From a virus (lineage: Duplodnaviria; Caudoviricetes): DNA of 64,000 nt. Below are positions 47,560 to 57,289 of this stretch, in pieces. The notes under the pieces are model-generated. The model saw nothing but the letters and a program-made list of their open reading frames with translations, did no database searches and was not told where the DNA came from. The position numbers were made by a program, and so were the translations under genes. Numbering within the stretch: position 1 is the first letter of the stretch; every line of letters begins with the position of its first letter. The stretch lies in the IMG/VR virus record IMGVR_UViG_3300017963_000281, positions 238 to 64,237 of that record. One strand, 5' to 3'.

Positions 47560-47876
47560 TTATTAGCCATCAGACAGTCGAGAGGGTCCAAAGAGCGGCA
47601 AACATCCAGGAGCTCATCGAGGAGCTCGGCGTCGAGCTCAAGCCGGTCGGTAAAATCTTTGTGGGGAAGTGCCCTTTCCATACCGAGGCCACCGGCTCTT
47701 TTACGGTCAGTCCGAAGCACCAGGTGTATTATTGTTTCGGCTGCCGGGATGGCGGTGATGCAATCAAGGTAATGATGAAAACACAGAGGCTCAGCTTTCA
47801 TGAGGCCGTGATGTATCTGGCGGACCGATACGGCGTCGAGGTCCCGGGAGGCGTAAATGACAAAGATAGAAGCTGA
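47556..47876 (+). CDS. Stand-alone DnaG-type CHC2 zinc-finger protein
   Basis: CPFHTEATGSFTV...YYCFGC...GDAI...SFHEAV..LA. Confidence 0.9.
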   Translation: MIISHQTVERVQRAANIQELIEELGVELKPVGKIFVGKCPFHTEATGSFTVSPKHQVYYCFGCRDGGDAIKVMMKTQRLSFHEAVMYLADRYGVEVPGGVNDKDRS

Positions 47877-48054
47877 GGCCAAAGGGTACTGTCGCATGTG
47901 CGCCGGGTTCGTTAATAAGAAACAGCTTTGCGGTATCATCCGCGGAGACATGGTCAACTGCCAGCTGCCGGACGATGTCAGGGCCCGTTGGGACGATGAC
48001 ATCAACCAGGCCGAGCTGGTAAAAAGGATGGTGAAATTTGGGAAACGTAAGTGA
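47857..48054 (+). CDS. Hypothetical Cys-containing protein
   Basis: GGAGG RBS; CRMC. Confidence 0.55.
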   Translation: MTKIEAEAKGYCRMCAGFVNKKQLCGIIRGDMVNCQLPDDVRARWDDDINQAELVKRMVKFGKRK

Positions 48055-48073
48055 TATCGGCGGGCCGGCCAGG

Positions 48074-48238
48074 ATGCCGGCGAAAAGAACGCTGGTGGCC
48101 TTTGATTCCGGCCACTACAAAGAGGTTAAGGGCAACTGGACCGGCGACAGCGTCTGGATGCATTTCAAAAAAGAAAATGGCGGCACGGTCCACGTCAACA
48201 AGGACAAGGTTGAGTATGTTGAAACCTTCGACGACTAA
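48074..48238 (+). CDS. Small hypothetical protein
   Basis: Protein-like composition; operon packing. Confidence 0.5.
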   Translation: MPAKRTLVAFDSGHYKEVKGNWTGDSVWMHFKKENGGTVHVNKDKVEYVETFDD

Positions 48239-48491
48239 GGATATGACAGACGCCGATAGGCGGCAAGATCGCAGATATGAGCTCGGATACGAGGTCTATA
48301 AGATGCTGGAGGGTGAAGACCTTGAACTTATGTCAGAGGTCCTGCGGGATGTTGGCCGCACCCTTTCCTGTAGGATGAACGGTATTCGGCTTGCCAACCT
48401 TGAGGTCTATCGGCATGTAGCGTTCACCCTAAGAGTCTGCGGAGGACAATATTTTGTCAACCTCGACGGGAAGGTAGCCTATGTGTCCTAA
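48216..48491 (+). CDS. Hypothetical protein
   Basis: Operon packing; start uncertain. Confidence 0.5.
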   Translation: MLKPSTTKDMTDADRRQDRRYELGYEVYKMLEGEDLELMSEVLRDVGRTLSCRMNGIRLANLEVYRHVAFTLRVCGGQYFVNLDGKVAYVS

Positions 48492-48711
48492 GGGCAACAA
48501 ACCCGAGCACTGTAAACACGGCATGGTTTATTCCTGGTGCTCTTATTGCCAGGGTCTTGTCAAGAAGGTACAACATCAGGGATCGTGGGCAGGGCCGCAT
48601 TATTGCGTTGAGACCAGCATTTTGTCCGACTTCTCGGTGTATCAGCGGCCCAGGTATATACCATACAAAGAGCACGTTACCCGCATACCGTATTGCCAGA
48701 AGGACGATTGA
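48481..48711 (+). CDS. Hypothetical protein with CKHG..WCSYC motif
   Basis: Cys/His motif; operon packing. Confidence 0.5.
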   Translation: MCPKGNKPEHCKHGMVYSWCSYCQGLVKKVQHQGSWAGPHYCVETSILSDFSVYQRPRYIPYKEHVTRIPYCQKDD

Positions 48712-48727
48712 TGGGAGTGAGAATAAT

Positions 48728-49039
48728 ATGACACTAACCGAGCTGGCGGAAAAAATGAGACTGACGCCGCGGAAACTTGCGTACTATCGGGATCAGGGAT
48801 TATTCCGGAGCGGCAAAAAAGCTGGACGAGGTTCCCGACCGAAATATGACGGATATGACATATCGAGGGTTATAACCATCGAGCTGATGATAGACTCAAA
48901 GTTCGACATCAAGACGATCAAAAAGTATGTCAAGAAGTACGGCAAAGACGAGCTCGAGCTGCAAAACGCCTGCATTGTCGCGTCCCACATAATGAAGAAG
49001 CTACTCCAGGCGGAGCTGCCTGGGTTCGACGGGAGCTAA
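48728..49039 (+). CDS. MerR-family HTH protein
   Basis: MTLTELAEKMRLTPRKLAYYRDQGLF...Y...DI. Confidence 0.8.
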   Translation: MTLTELAEKMRLTPRKLAYYRDQGLFRSGKKAGRGSRPKYDGYDISRVITIELMIDSKFDIKTIKKYVKKYGKDELELQNACIVASHIMKKLLQAELPGFDGS

Positions 49040-49041
49040 TT

Positions 49042-49233
49042 GTGGATCTATCAACAGATGTTATCACTATAGCATTCGAGACCATCCGCCCTGGCGATCT
49101 GATCGATGTATGTGGTCAGGCGGTCAAGGTAGATGAGATCGTCGAACGCTGGGGCCAGACGTTTGTGAGGTGCAGGTTTGGTGAATTCGACCTCTCATGC
49201 TGCAGGCTATATAGGGCGACGGAGGCTCAATGA
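49042..49233 (+). CDS. Small hypothetical protein
   Basis: GGAG RBS; ATGA overlap with terL. Confidence 0.55.
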   Translation: MDLSTDVITIAFETIRPGDLIDVCGQAVKVDEIVERWGQTFVRCRFGEFDLSCCRLYRATEAQ

Positions 49234-50783
49234 TATGGGTACCCCAACCAGGCCCTCAGAGCAAGGCAATCTCGTGCCCAGCCAAAGAGATCTTTTTTGG
49301 CGGCAGCCGCGGTGGTGGCAAAAGCGATTGCACGATCGGCCGGCATGTCCTCGGGGCGCAACGTCACGAATCAGCCTGGAACGGGATGATAGTTCGCCGA
49401 AAATACAAAGAGTTCAAGGAGATGCGCCGTCGCTGGGATCAGTTGAAGGCGAGCGGTTTACCCATCGAGCGGACGGGTGGCGATACTGGTGTCAATACGA
49501 TCAAATTCGAAAACGGCGCCCAGACTATCATGGTGGCGATAGGCAGCCTGAGCGAGGCCCGCGACTGGATTGGACATCAGTTCACCGAGATATCGATCGA
49601 GGAGTGTACGACCTTCGCGTTCTATTCGGAGATGATCGATATCCTGAAGGGCTCCCTACGGTCTCCGGAGGGCGTCCCGACCCATGTATTCAACACTGGC
49701 AACCCAGGGGGCCCTGGTCACAACGCGGTCAAAGAATATTTCCGCCTTGGGCGGCACTGGCAGCAGCAAGGGTTCTTGCCGGACTTGCCATGGATCCCGC
49801 CGGCCGAGGGCGACAAGAAGGTCCATCCCAGGGTGTTCATCCCATCGTTCCTGCAGGACAATCTGATACTCTGCCAGAACGATCCAGACTATGTCGAGGT
49901 ACTGACCTCGATCTCGGACCCTATGCTGAGGAAAGCGTGGCTCGATGGCGACTGGGACGTATTCATCGGACAGGCTTTCAGCTGGTTTCCACAATATCAC
50001 GAGATCGATCCGGTCTGGCCAATCCCGGCATGGGCTCCGCTTTATATGACGTTCGACTGGGGCTACTCGGCCCCATTCAGTATCGGGTGGTGGTTCATCG
50101 ACAACGATGGGAGAGCGATACGGTTTGGCGAGTGGTATGGTTGGGACGGTACCCCGAACCATGGGCTCCGGATGGAGGACAGCGAGATCGCCCGCGGGAT
50201 ACTGGCGAAAGAGAGGGAGATGAAGATCCCCTCTGGCCGTATTACCCGGCTATGCGATCCAACTTGTTTCAACAAAAAACCGAATTATCAGGGCGGCGGG
50301 CAAGGACCATCTACGGCGGAGGTTTTCCGGAATGTCAGCTCAGACCTGACGATGAGGCCAGGGGATCCGGACCGCCGGCTGAAGATCAGGCAGTTCAGGG
50401 AGCGCCTGAAGCTGCCAAGGGACAGCGAAGATGGACCTGTTACTGGCTCGCCCATGATGCAAGTTTACAAGACGTGTCGTCACTTTATCCGGACGATACC
50501 GACGCTGGCCATTGATGAGGACAATGTCGAGGATATTGACACCGATCAGGAGGACCATGTTTATGACGAGGTGTGTCATATTGCCATGGCCAGACCTCTG
50601 ATTGTGGACGAAGAAGAACTCAAAAAACAAGCGGCCGAGCGAAGGACGGCGGAGGCCCGGGCCCACATACCAAAAGAGCAGGTTGCAATATGGGAAGAGC
50701 TGGACGAGATAAAGCGGCAGATGGAGGAAGCGGCGACCCAGGGTGGCGACTGGGAGGGCCGGGTAGGCGGACGGGTGATATGA
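49230..50783 (+). CDS. terL: Terminase large subunit
   Basis: GGSRGGGKS Walker A, ISIEE Walker B, TGNPGGPGH, FDWG and EDHVYD nuclease motifs. Confidence 0.95.
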   Translation: MIWVPQPGPQSKAISCPAKEIFFGGSRGGGKSDCTIGRHVLGAQRHESAWNGMIVRRKYKEFKEMRRRWDQLKASGLPIERTGGDTGVNTIKFENGAQTIMVAIGSLSEARDWIGHQFTEISIEECTTFAFYSEMIDILKGSLRSPEGVPTHVFNTGNPGGPGHNAVKEYFRLGRHWQQQGFLPDLPWIPPAEGDKKVHPRVFIPSFLQDNLILCQNDPDYVEVLTSISDPMLRKAWLDGDWDVFIGQAFSWFPQYHEIDPVWPIPAWAPLYMTFDWGYSAPFSIGWWFIDNDGRAIRFGEWYGWDGTPNHGLRMEDSEIARGILAKEREMKIPSGRITRLCDPTCFNKKPNYQGGGQGPSTAEVFRNVSSDLTMRPGDPDRRLKIRQFRERLKLPRDSEDGPVTGSPMMQVYKTCRHFIRTIPTLAIDEDNVEDIDTDQEDHVYDEVCHIAMARPLIVDEEELKKQAAERRTAEARAHIPKEQVAIWEELDEIKRQMEEAATQGGDWEGRVGGRVI

Positions 50784-50986
50784 CTGACTGGAGGTACCCT
50801 GACCACCTGGTATATTCATACTACAAAACAAAGGGCGGATGGTATCCACATTACCTGGGTGGCTGGACGAGGGGCCCGAGTTGTATCAAGATATATCTTG
50901 ACAGGGATGATGCTATTGTGGCCTGCCCACCAGACTGCAAAGTGGTCCTTATGGAAATCCAGTTTAGGTATTGGAGAGACATATGA
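50780..50986 (+). CDS. Hypothetical protein
   Basis: ATGA overlaps at both ends. Confidence 0.5.
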   Translation: MTDWRYPDHLVYSYYKTKGGWYPHYLGGWTRGPSCIKIYLDRDDAIVACPPDCKVVLMEIQFRYWRDI

Positions 50987-51264
50987 CCCATTATTGGTAC
51001 TGGAAGAAATGGCTTGGAGAAAGGCGCGGGCAGCTTTGTCGGATCCTGGCAACCGGGAAAATGAACTCGGCTTTGGTTGAGTTCTCAGATGGATTCCGCG
51101 TCATAACACTACGATATGCGGTACGCAAAGTTAGGAGGAACAATGATAAGCGCGGTACACTTTTGGATGTTTTTAGGGGCTATGGCCTTCTTGATGATAT
51201 GGCAACAGATATATTTCAGCCTGGAGATCCGGCGCCAGGTGAAGGCGAACCAGGACCTGCTTAA
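50983..51264 (+). CDS. Hypothetical protein
   Basis: GGAG RBS; 3' end overlaps the next gene. Confidence 0.5.
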   Translation: MTHYWYWKKWLGERRGQLCRILATGKMNSALVEFSDGFRVITLRYAVRKVRRNNDKRGTLLDVFRGYGLLDDMATDIFQPGDPAPGEGEPGPA

Positions 51265-51406
51265 CCGGCTGCAGGCCAGGGATCTGCAGGAGTATGCTGG
51301 GGCAACCCGGGCGATCAACCCGGTTGGATCAATCCAGGCCGACAATACCGAGGAATGGACCGATGCCGAAAAAGAGCAGGCCTTGGACAGGATACCAATT
51401 AACTGA
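51143..51406 (+). CDS. Single-TM protein (DLLNRLQARDLQEY motif)
   Basis: AGGAGG RBS; N-terminal TM helix. Confidence 0.7.
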   Translation: MISAVHFWMFLGAMAFLMIWQQIYFSLEIRRQVKANQDLLNRLQARDLQEYAGATRAINPVGSIQADNTEEWTDAEKEQALDRIPIN

Positions 51407-51690
51407 TGATCGAATTATATGAGAAAATACTGGGAAGAAGGCTCCAGGACCTCGAGGGCCGGGAAAAAAACATCAGGCAGATATTTTTCCGGGAGGTTCT
51501 CAAGAAAATTGACCCCAGGGAGGCGATTGTTTTGGTCCTGAGATACGACCAGAGACTGACTTACAATCAGATTGGCGAGACCATTGGAACCACGGGCTCG
51601 AGGGCCAAGCAGCTCTGCGTAAAAGGCACCGGAAAACTCAGGCATCCAGTACGGCGGCTTAAACTTGAAAAGATTATACCTGTTAACTAA
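51406..51690 (+). CDS. Stand-alone sigma70 region-4-like HTH protein
   Basis: IDPREAIVLVLRY...TYNQIG...KLRHPVRRLKL, resembling the RpoD C-terminus. Confidence 0.8.
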   Translation: MIELYEKILGRRLQDLEGREKNIRQIFFREVLKKIDPREAIVLVLRYDQRLTYNQIGETIGTTGSRAKQLCVKGTGKLRHPVRRLKLEKIIPVN

Positions 51691-51707
51691 TTGGAGGCGG
51701 CATCAAG

Positions 51708-52076
51708 ATGAACAGGCGGCCATGGTGGGTAGGGAATGTAGATCGAATAGCGAAAGATTTAACTCGTAAGCGGAATAGTTATGTTCCGGCGGCGGCTCTC
51801 CAGCATCCTCTGACTTTCGGTTTGGCAGAGTTTGACTGGTTTTATGAGGATTGTGACAAGTGCTCATCATTCCGGAACGCATCGGCTGACCGCGGTCAGC
51901 ACGAGGAGATAAACCGACCCGACATATACGGATATTATGAGTACGCTGCTGACGAGGGGCGGGTTGGTCGATTCACATACGATGAGATCTCAAAACACAT
52001 TTGGTCCGAAATGCGGCAGGATTATGACACCGGGCTGGATGAAACCTATAGAGAGTGGATCATCAAGTATGTATGA
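51708..52076 (+). CDS. Hypothetical protein
   Basis: GGAGG RBS. Confidence 0.65.
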   Translation: MNRRPWWVGNVDRIAKDLTRKRNSYVPAAALQHPLTFGLAEFDWFYEDCDKCSSFRNASADRGQHEEINRPDIYGYYEYAADEGRVGRFTYDEISKHIWSEMRQDYDTGLDETYREWIIKYV

Positions 52077-52128
52077 CAGCACGGTAACAAGGGCACCAAC
52101 CCTAAAGAACGTATATGGAGGCCGAAAT

Positions 52129-52284
52129 ATGCCAGCTCGTAAGAGAAAGACCAAGCGTGGCTACACGGTTTATACACCAGGTGGAGTTAAGGGTCGCGGC
52201 ATGACCTTGAGAAACGCAAAAAAACAAATCCGGCTACTCAACGCCATCGATCACGGCTGGAAACCCGACAAGAGGAGAAAGTGA
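52129..52284 (+). CDS. Small basic protein
   Basis: GGAGG RBS; directly precedes the portal gene. Confidence 0.65.
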   Translation: MPARKRKTKRGYTVYTPGGVKGRGMTLRNAKKQIRLLNAIDHGWKPDKRRK

Positions 52285-52285
52285 T

Positions 52286-54478
52286 ATGGCTAAGATGACG
52301 GATGAGAAAACCCTTGAGATCATTGACAACCTGTTCAACGATCAAAAGAACGTGACCCAGCAGATCATGGAGCGCACCTGGTTCCGTAACATCCTGTATT
52401 ACATGGGTGAGCAGTGGTTCGAGTGGGCCCGGACCGAGGGCACGTTCAAGAAGCTGATGCCCCAGAACTATACGCCGACACCCGTCGATAACATCATCCG
52501 GGACTTTGTCCGGTCGATCAAGGCCCTGATCCTGAATAAGGATTACAGCGTCCGGGTATGGCCGAACAGCAACGACCAGGAAGACCGGGATGCCGCCAGG
52601 CTGGGCGAGCAGTTTCTCCGCTGGATGGAAACCCGGCGGGATGAGGACGAGATGGACGAGAAGGAGCTCGTGGCGATCTGGATGACTTTATGCGGTGTCG
52701 GATACGACCGGGTATTCCCGGATATGGACAGCGACAGCTGGGTCCTGGATGCCAAAGGGGCGCCGATAATGGCCGGCGACGTCGCGATCGAGGCCATGTC
52801 ACCCTTTATGATTAGAGTTGACGGGTATGGCCGCAAGCTCCGCCAGAAGCGTTGGGTCGGCATCAAAAGCCTCAAGCCTAAGGAGTGGGTCGAGGATACG
52901 TTCCAAACACTCATATCGGGCACAAAGGATGATCCGAGCGCTGTCAACTACGAGCGCCGGCTGGCCCACCTGGTAGCCAATGTTAGCCCCTGGAAGGGCG
53001 AGGGCATCGAGATGCCGATCGAATCCCTGACGGACGAGGACCTGGTGATATTCAAGGAGGTCGAGTTCAAACCGACAAAAGATTATCCCCGGGGCCGCTA
53101 TGTGATCGTATGCGATGACAAAATCATCAAGCAATACGATCGTATGCCGGTTCAGGTCATCAAGGATTCCAAGCTCTGGTACTACAGCTTGACGGATTAC
53201 CACTATAACTTTGTGCCTGGTCGCTTCTATTCCGATGCCGCGGTCAATGACCTGATCAGCCCCCAGAATACGATAAACCAGATTGACCAGGACCTGGAGG
53301 TCAACCGCCGGGGTATTGGGACACCTCGGGTGCTCGTAGGCTCCGACGTAAACGTCCAAAAAGTATCAAAATATGGACAGAAGCTATTGGTGCTCAAATA
53401 CGACAGTTTTCTGTCCGCCGGCCAGAAGCCCGAGATCCAGGAGGGCACTCCACTACCCCAGCAGGTCCTCGAGGAGCGGGCGATCCATCGAGCAGCCGCC
53501 CAGGATTCCGCCGGCGATCCAAAGAATGTGCTGCGCGGAAACGCGCCGAGCTCGCAGGCCTCTGGTATTATGGTGGATATCCTGAGGGACGCTGCCGAGC
53601 AGGGGCATCTGCCTGATATCAATCGGTTCTATCGTTCTCTGAAGCGTCGCAAGCGCAAGCAGCTGATAATGGCCATGGAGGTTTATTCCGAAGAACGCAT
53701 GATTAAAATACCGGACAGGAGCCAGAGGGCGAAGGTCGTCAAGTTCCGAGGGACGGACCTCCGGGAGAACACCGACGTGCGCCTGGAGCTGTCATCCGGC
53801 CTGGCCAGCACCAAAACAGGCCAGACCCAGCTGCTAATGAAGCTGACCGAGACCGGGTTCTTCAACGCAGATAGTCCGCTTGATCCGGAGCACCGCGCAG
53901 AACTCATGCGCCGGCTTGGGCTGACATCCTTTCGGGATAAGCGCAATGTGGATGTCGAGCGTGCATCATCTGAGAACAGCCTGGTGGCCACCTTCAGTCC
54001 TGATGAACTGGAGATCACCGAGATACAGATTGGCGAGGATGATGCCGGCCAGCCTATTATGATCGAGATCCCGGTCATACCAGGGCTGTTCCTGACCATG
54101 GGAGACCCAGCCGCCCAGGACGAGGATGGTGTTCAGAACCCGATGGAGGGTATCATCCTATCTGAGGATCCGTTGTTTAAATATGACGATCATCAGGTCC
54201 ACTTCGAGACGCATCGCCGCTATATCCTCAGCGACGACTTCCGGGCCCTGGAACCTGGATTGCAGGACTACCTTATAGGCCATACCGACGTACACAAGCA
54301 GATGATCGATGTCCAAATGGCCGAGGAAGCCATGCGCCAGGGCGCCGTCTCGATGATCTCCGGAGGTCCTCCGGAAGCCGGCGCTCCCGGCCCGGGTGGA
54401 AATGGTACCGGCCGGCCTCCCCAGGGTCTACCAGATGTGGTGCCTGCCGCGCCAGGTGGTACACCAAGTCTTGTGTAG
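52286..54478 (+). CDS. Portal protein (podoviral type)
   Basis: 730 aa after terL; YYMGEQW, DLISPQ..IN, SG...L, DDHQVH...H motifs. Confidence 0.88.
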   Translation: MAKMTDEKTLEIIDNLFNDQKNVTQQIMERTWFRNILYYMGEQWFEWARTEGTFKKLMPQNYTPTPVDNIIRDFVRSIKALILNKDYSVRVWPNSNDQEDRDAARLGEQFLRWMETRRDEDEMDEKELVAIWMTLCGVGYDRVFPDMDSDSWVLDAKGAPIMAGDVAIEAMSPFMIRVDGYGRKLRQKRWVGIKSLKPKEWVEDTFQTLISGTKDDPSAVNYERRLAHLVANVSPWKGEGIEMPIESLTDEDLVIFKEVEFKPTKDYPRGRYVIVCDDKIIKQYDRMPVQVIKDSKLWYYSLTDYHYNFVPGRFYSDAAVNDLISPQNTINQIDQDLEVNRRGIGTPRVLVGSDVNVQKVSKYGQKLLVLKYDSFLSAGQKPEIQEGTPLPQQVLEERAIHRAAAQDSAGDPKNVLRGNAPSSQASGIMVDILRDAAEQGHLPDINRFYRSLKRRKRKQLIMAMEVYSEERMIKIPDRSQRAKVVKFRGTDLRENTDVRLELSSGLASTKTGQTQLLMKLTETGFFNADSPLDPEHRAELMRRLGLTSFRDKRNVDVERASSENSLVATFSPDELEITEIQIGEDDAGQPIMIEIPVIPGLFLTMGDPAAQDEDGVQNPMEGIILSEDPLFKYDDHQVHFETHRRYILSDDFRALEPGLQDYLIGHTDVHKQMIDVQMAEEAMRQGAVSMISGGPPEAGAPGPGGNGTGRPPQGLPDVVPAAPGGTPSLV

Positions 54479-54542
54479 TACCTCACAAATTTGTTGACAC
54501 AATCGTTTAAGATTTGCAACAATTAACTAAGTCGAGGAATCT

Positions 54543-54833
54543 ATGAAGATGAAATCGTTAAAAATGTCGAAACCAAAAAAGGTTCTCAGGGAAAAGATGG
54601 CCGTCCAAGCGGCCGAGCAGCCGGAATATCCATGGGGCCTGGAGCTCGATCTCGACAGCGATACGATCAAAAAGCTGGGGATTGACTTTAAAAACCAAAC
54701 GGTTGGAGATTCCGTGCATTTTACCGCGAAAGCCAAGATCACCCGGATGTCCGAGAACCAGGACATCGTTGGCGGTGGAAACCGAAGCCTCGGCCTGCAG
54801 ATAACATCTATGGGCTGGGGAAAAGAGAAGTAA
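54543..54833 (+). CDS. Capsid staple-like head protein
   Basis: YPWGLELDLD...KKLGI...VG...A.AKI...SLGLQIT. Confidence 0.65.
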   Translation: MKMKSLKMSKPKKVLREKMAVQAAEQPEYPWGLELDLDSDTIKKLGIDFKNQTVGDSVHFTAKAKITRMSENQDIVGGGNRSLGLQITSMGWGKEK

Positions 54834-54890
54834 CCGAACCAGGCACCGGCTTTCCCGGTCGGCCAACCGGGTGAGACGGACTATATAGTT

Positions 54891-54942
54891 ATAAAAAAGG
54901 GCAATCGAGGGCGCCCTCGCCACCTCGTTGCCCTTTTTTTAT
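54891..54942 (+). terminator. Long hairpin with U-tract before the scaffold gene
   Basis: ATAAAAAAGGGCAA...TTGCCCTTTTTTTAT. Confidence 0.6.
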
Positions 54943-55049
54943 GCCTGGGCGTTGCACCATACAAAAACCAAGCGAATGGGAAACCGGGGCTTCATATAGA
55001 TGGCAATGCCGCCATTTAAGTGTGGCCAACAAACGGAAGGAGAAACACG

Positions 55050-55835
55050 ATGCCAGACGTAGACGACAAAACACAAGTGGATCTAAGCAGCAGGACCGAC
55101 GACAACCCTCCTGAGGATGATGGTAACAAGGATACCCCACCCTCCGGGGATAAAGAGACGCCGCCGGCAGATGGCAAGATCAATGTCGACTCAATCCTGG
55201 ACGAGTACGGCCTGGAAAGCCCGGAAGAGCTGAAAGAATGGCTCGCCAACCACCGGGAGCTCAAGGGCCGGATCGGCGATCATGATTTTGATGAGATCGT
55301 CGAAGGGTACGAGACCCTGCAAAAGTACCAAAGGGACTGGGCCAAGCAGGAGTACGACAAGCTCAAGGAAAACGAGACACCCGAGGAGACAATCGCCAGG
55401 CTCGAGAAGGAAAAAGCGGACCTGGAGAAAACCCGGAAGGCCGAGCGCGACCGGATCAAGAACGCCGAAAGCGCAAAGATGGCGATCGATAGTTTTAACA
55501 AAACGGTCAACTCCGTAATTGAGGCGAGCAAGGACGTCCCTAAAGAGTGGCGCCCGTTTGTGGCCGAATTCATGGGAGTGGACAATCCGATCAACGAAGT
55601 CGACATCGAGGACCGGGCCGCCGTTCGCAAGGCAGCCAAGTCTGGAGTCGACAAGATGGTCAGGTTCGCCAGGCTGATCATCGATGGATACGCCAAGGGC
55701 AAACATGACATTCCAAGGGTGACCGAGACCGAGACACCGGCAACTCCGACAGCAAAGCCCAAACAAGCTAAAAATCTGAATGAAGCCCGGAAGATTCTGC
55801 ACGAGTCGCTTGCCGGAATCCTCGGCAAAAGCTGA
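55050..55835 (+). CDS. Capsid scaffolding protein
   Basis: Acidic disordered N-terminus and coiled coil; immediately upstream of the capsid gene. Confidence 0.8.
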   Translation: MPDVDDKTQVDLSSRTDDNPPEDDGNKDTPPSGDKETPPADGKINVDSILDEYGLESPEELKEWLANHRELKGRIGDHDFDEIVEGYETLQKYQRDWAKQEYDKLKENETPEETIARLEKEKADLEKTRKAERDRIKNAESAKMAIDSFNKTVNSVIEASKDVPKEWRPFVAEFMGVDNPINEVDIEDRAAVRKAAKSGVDKMVRFARLIIDGYAKGKHDIPRVTETETPATPTAKPKQAKNLNEARKILHESLAGILGKS

Positions 55836-55878
55836 CGAGGCAGGAGCCGGCCGGGATCAATATAGGAGGTAACCTAAA

Positions 55879-57201
55879 ATGGCTATCGATTATCACGACC
55901 TAACCGCAATCCAAGACACGCTTAAAAACGTGTATGGTTCCGGTCTGCAGAATCAGTTCGCTGATGAGCAGTTAACCTATCACCAATTCCCGAAATCAGA
56001 GCGCAAGCCGCGAGGCCTGGGCTATGTTTTCGGCGTACGCTATGCGCGTGCCCAGGGCGTCGGCGCCAGGGGTGAGAGCGAGATCTTACCCGATCCGCTG
56101 GCGGGGAAATACGATCAGGCCAAGATCGTCCCGAAGTACATCTATGGTGTACTGCGGATGACCGGCCCCTCGATCGAAGCCGCCAAAGGCGATGTCGCCG
56201 CTTTCGTTGACGGCCTGTCCGACAGCGTCAACGACATCTATGAATCCCTGGTCAACGACATGAACCGTCAGGCCGTCAGCGACGGGTTCGGCCTCCTGGC
56301 CACCCTGAGCGAGGCCTCCGACACCGTCACCACCTCGGGTTCCACCACCTGGACCATTACCTGCGACAACGCCATGGGCGTCTCGCGTCTGGTCCCGGGT
56401 ATGGTTGTCGACTTCTTCGACAGCACTGCAATCGATCAATCCACTGTTGCATCGCGGATTTCATCGGTTAACTACAGTGCGAAGACCGCCGAGATGGAGC
56501 CCAATGACGGCACCTACAAAACCAACCACCCGATCGTGGCCGCCAGGTCCTATACGATCGACACGCCGGCTGTTCCTTCCGGCGCATACGTCGTGCGGAT
56601 CGGGGCCCGGGCCGCGTCCCATGCGACGTCCAACACGCCCAAGGAGATCACCGGTCTCGAGGGCATCTACGACGACGGTACCCTGCTGGCGTCCTTCGAG
56701 GATATCACCGTCGCCAGTTACCCGGACTGGAAAGCCAACATCCTGTCCAACTCCAGCGTTGATCGCGAGCTCACTGTCGATCTGATGCTGCAGTCCTTGG
56801 ATGTCATCCGCACCCGCTCTGGCAAACAGGGCAAAATCATGCGTATGGGCCTCGGCCAGCGCCGTAAATACGCCAACCTGTTGCTGCCCGACGTGCGCTT
56901 CCAACCCGGAAAGCTCGAGGGTGGCTACGAAACCCTGACCTTCTCCGCCGGCGACGGCAGCGTCAAGATCGTCGTTGATCCGGTCCTGCCTCCGGGCAAG
57001 ATATTTGTCGAGCCCATGGGCGTCATCCAGAAGTACGAGATGACCGGCCTGGGCTGGGGCAACCTGGATCAGCAGATGCACTGGAGACAGGGCTACGATG
57101 AGTGGGACCAGTTCCTGCGTCTGTACACCAACCTCGGTTGTGAGCAGCGTAACTGCCTCTGCCTCATCTCAGATTTGGTCGAACCGAATCTGTACAGTTA
57201 A
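55879..57201 (+). CDS. Major capsid protein
   Basis: 440 aa; TAGGAGGT RBS; biased codons; GARGE...LP, DMNRQ..SDG.G, GLEGI motifs. Confidence 0.88.
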   Translation: MAIDYHDLTAIQDTLKNVYGSGLQNQFADEQLTYHQFPKSERKPRGLGYVFGVRYARAQGVGARGESEILPDPLAGKYDQAKIVPKYIYGVLRMTGPSIEAAKGDVAAFVDGLSDSVNDIYESLVNDMNRQAVSDGFGLLATLSEASDTVTTSGSTTWTITCDNAMGVSRLVPGMVVDFFDSTAIDQSTVASRISSVNYSAKTAEMEPNDGTYKTNHPIVAARSYTIDTPAVPSGAYVVRIGARAASHATSNTPKEITGLEGIYDDGTLLASFEDITVASYPDWKANILSNSSVDRELTVDLMLQSLDVIRTRSGKQGKIMRMGLGQRRKYANLLLPDVRFQPGKLEGGYETLTFSAGDGSVKIVVDPVLPPGKIFVEPMGVIQKYEMTGLGWGNLDQQMHWRQGYDEWDQFLRLYTNLGCEQRNCLCLISDLVEPNLYS

Positions 57202-57214
57202 GAACCCTCCCGTA

Positions 57215-57289
57215 GCCCCTGGGAGGTGATGGCCCCAGGGGCATTAAACGGGCCGCCAGGAGGGGCGCCGTAGCCGCCGGCGCCCCTCT
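57215..57289 (+). other. Two GC-rich hairpins downstream of the capsid gene
   Basis: GCCCCTGGG/CCCAGGGGC and AGGGGCGCCG/CGGCGCCCCT stems. Confidence 0.6.

Noticed and set aside
49178-50515. 445-aa alternative-frame ORF over terL
   Set aside because: R/G/P-rich off-frame composition typical of GC-rich DNA; terL has all expected motifs
57215-57242. Shared GCCCCTGGG/CCCAGGGGC stem with the 26738 palindrome as a repeat family
   Set aside because: Only two short GC-rich stems; explained adequately as independent terminator or stability hairpins
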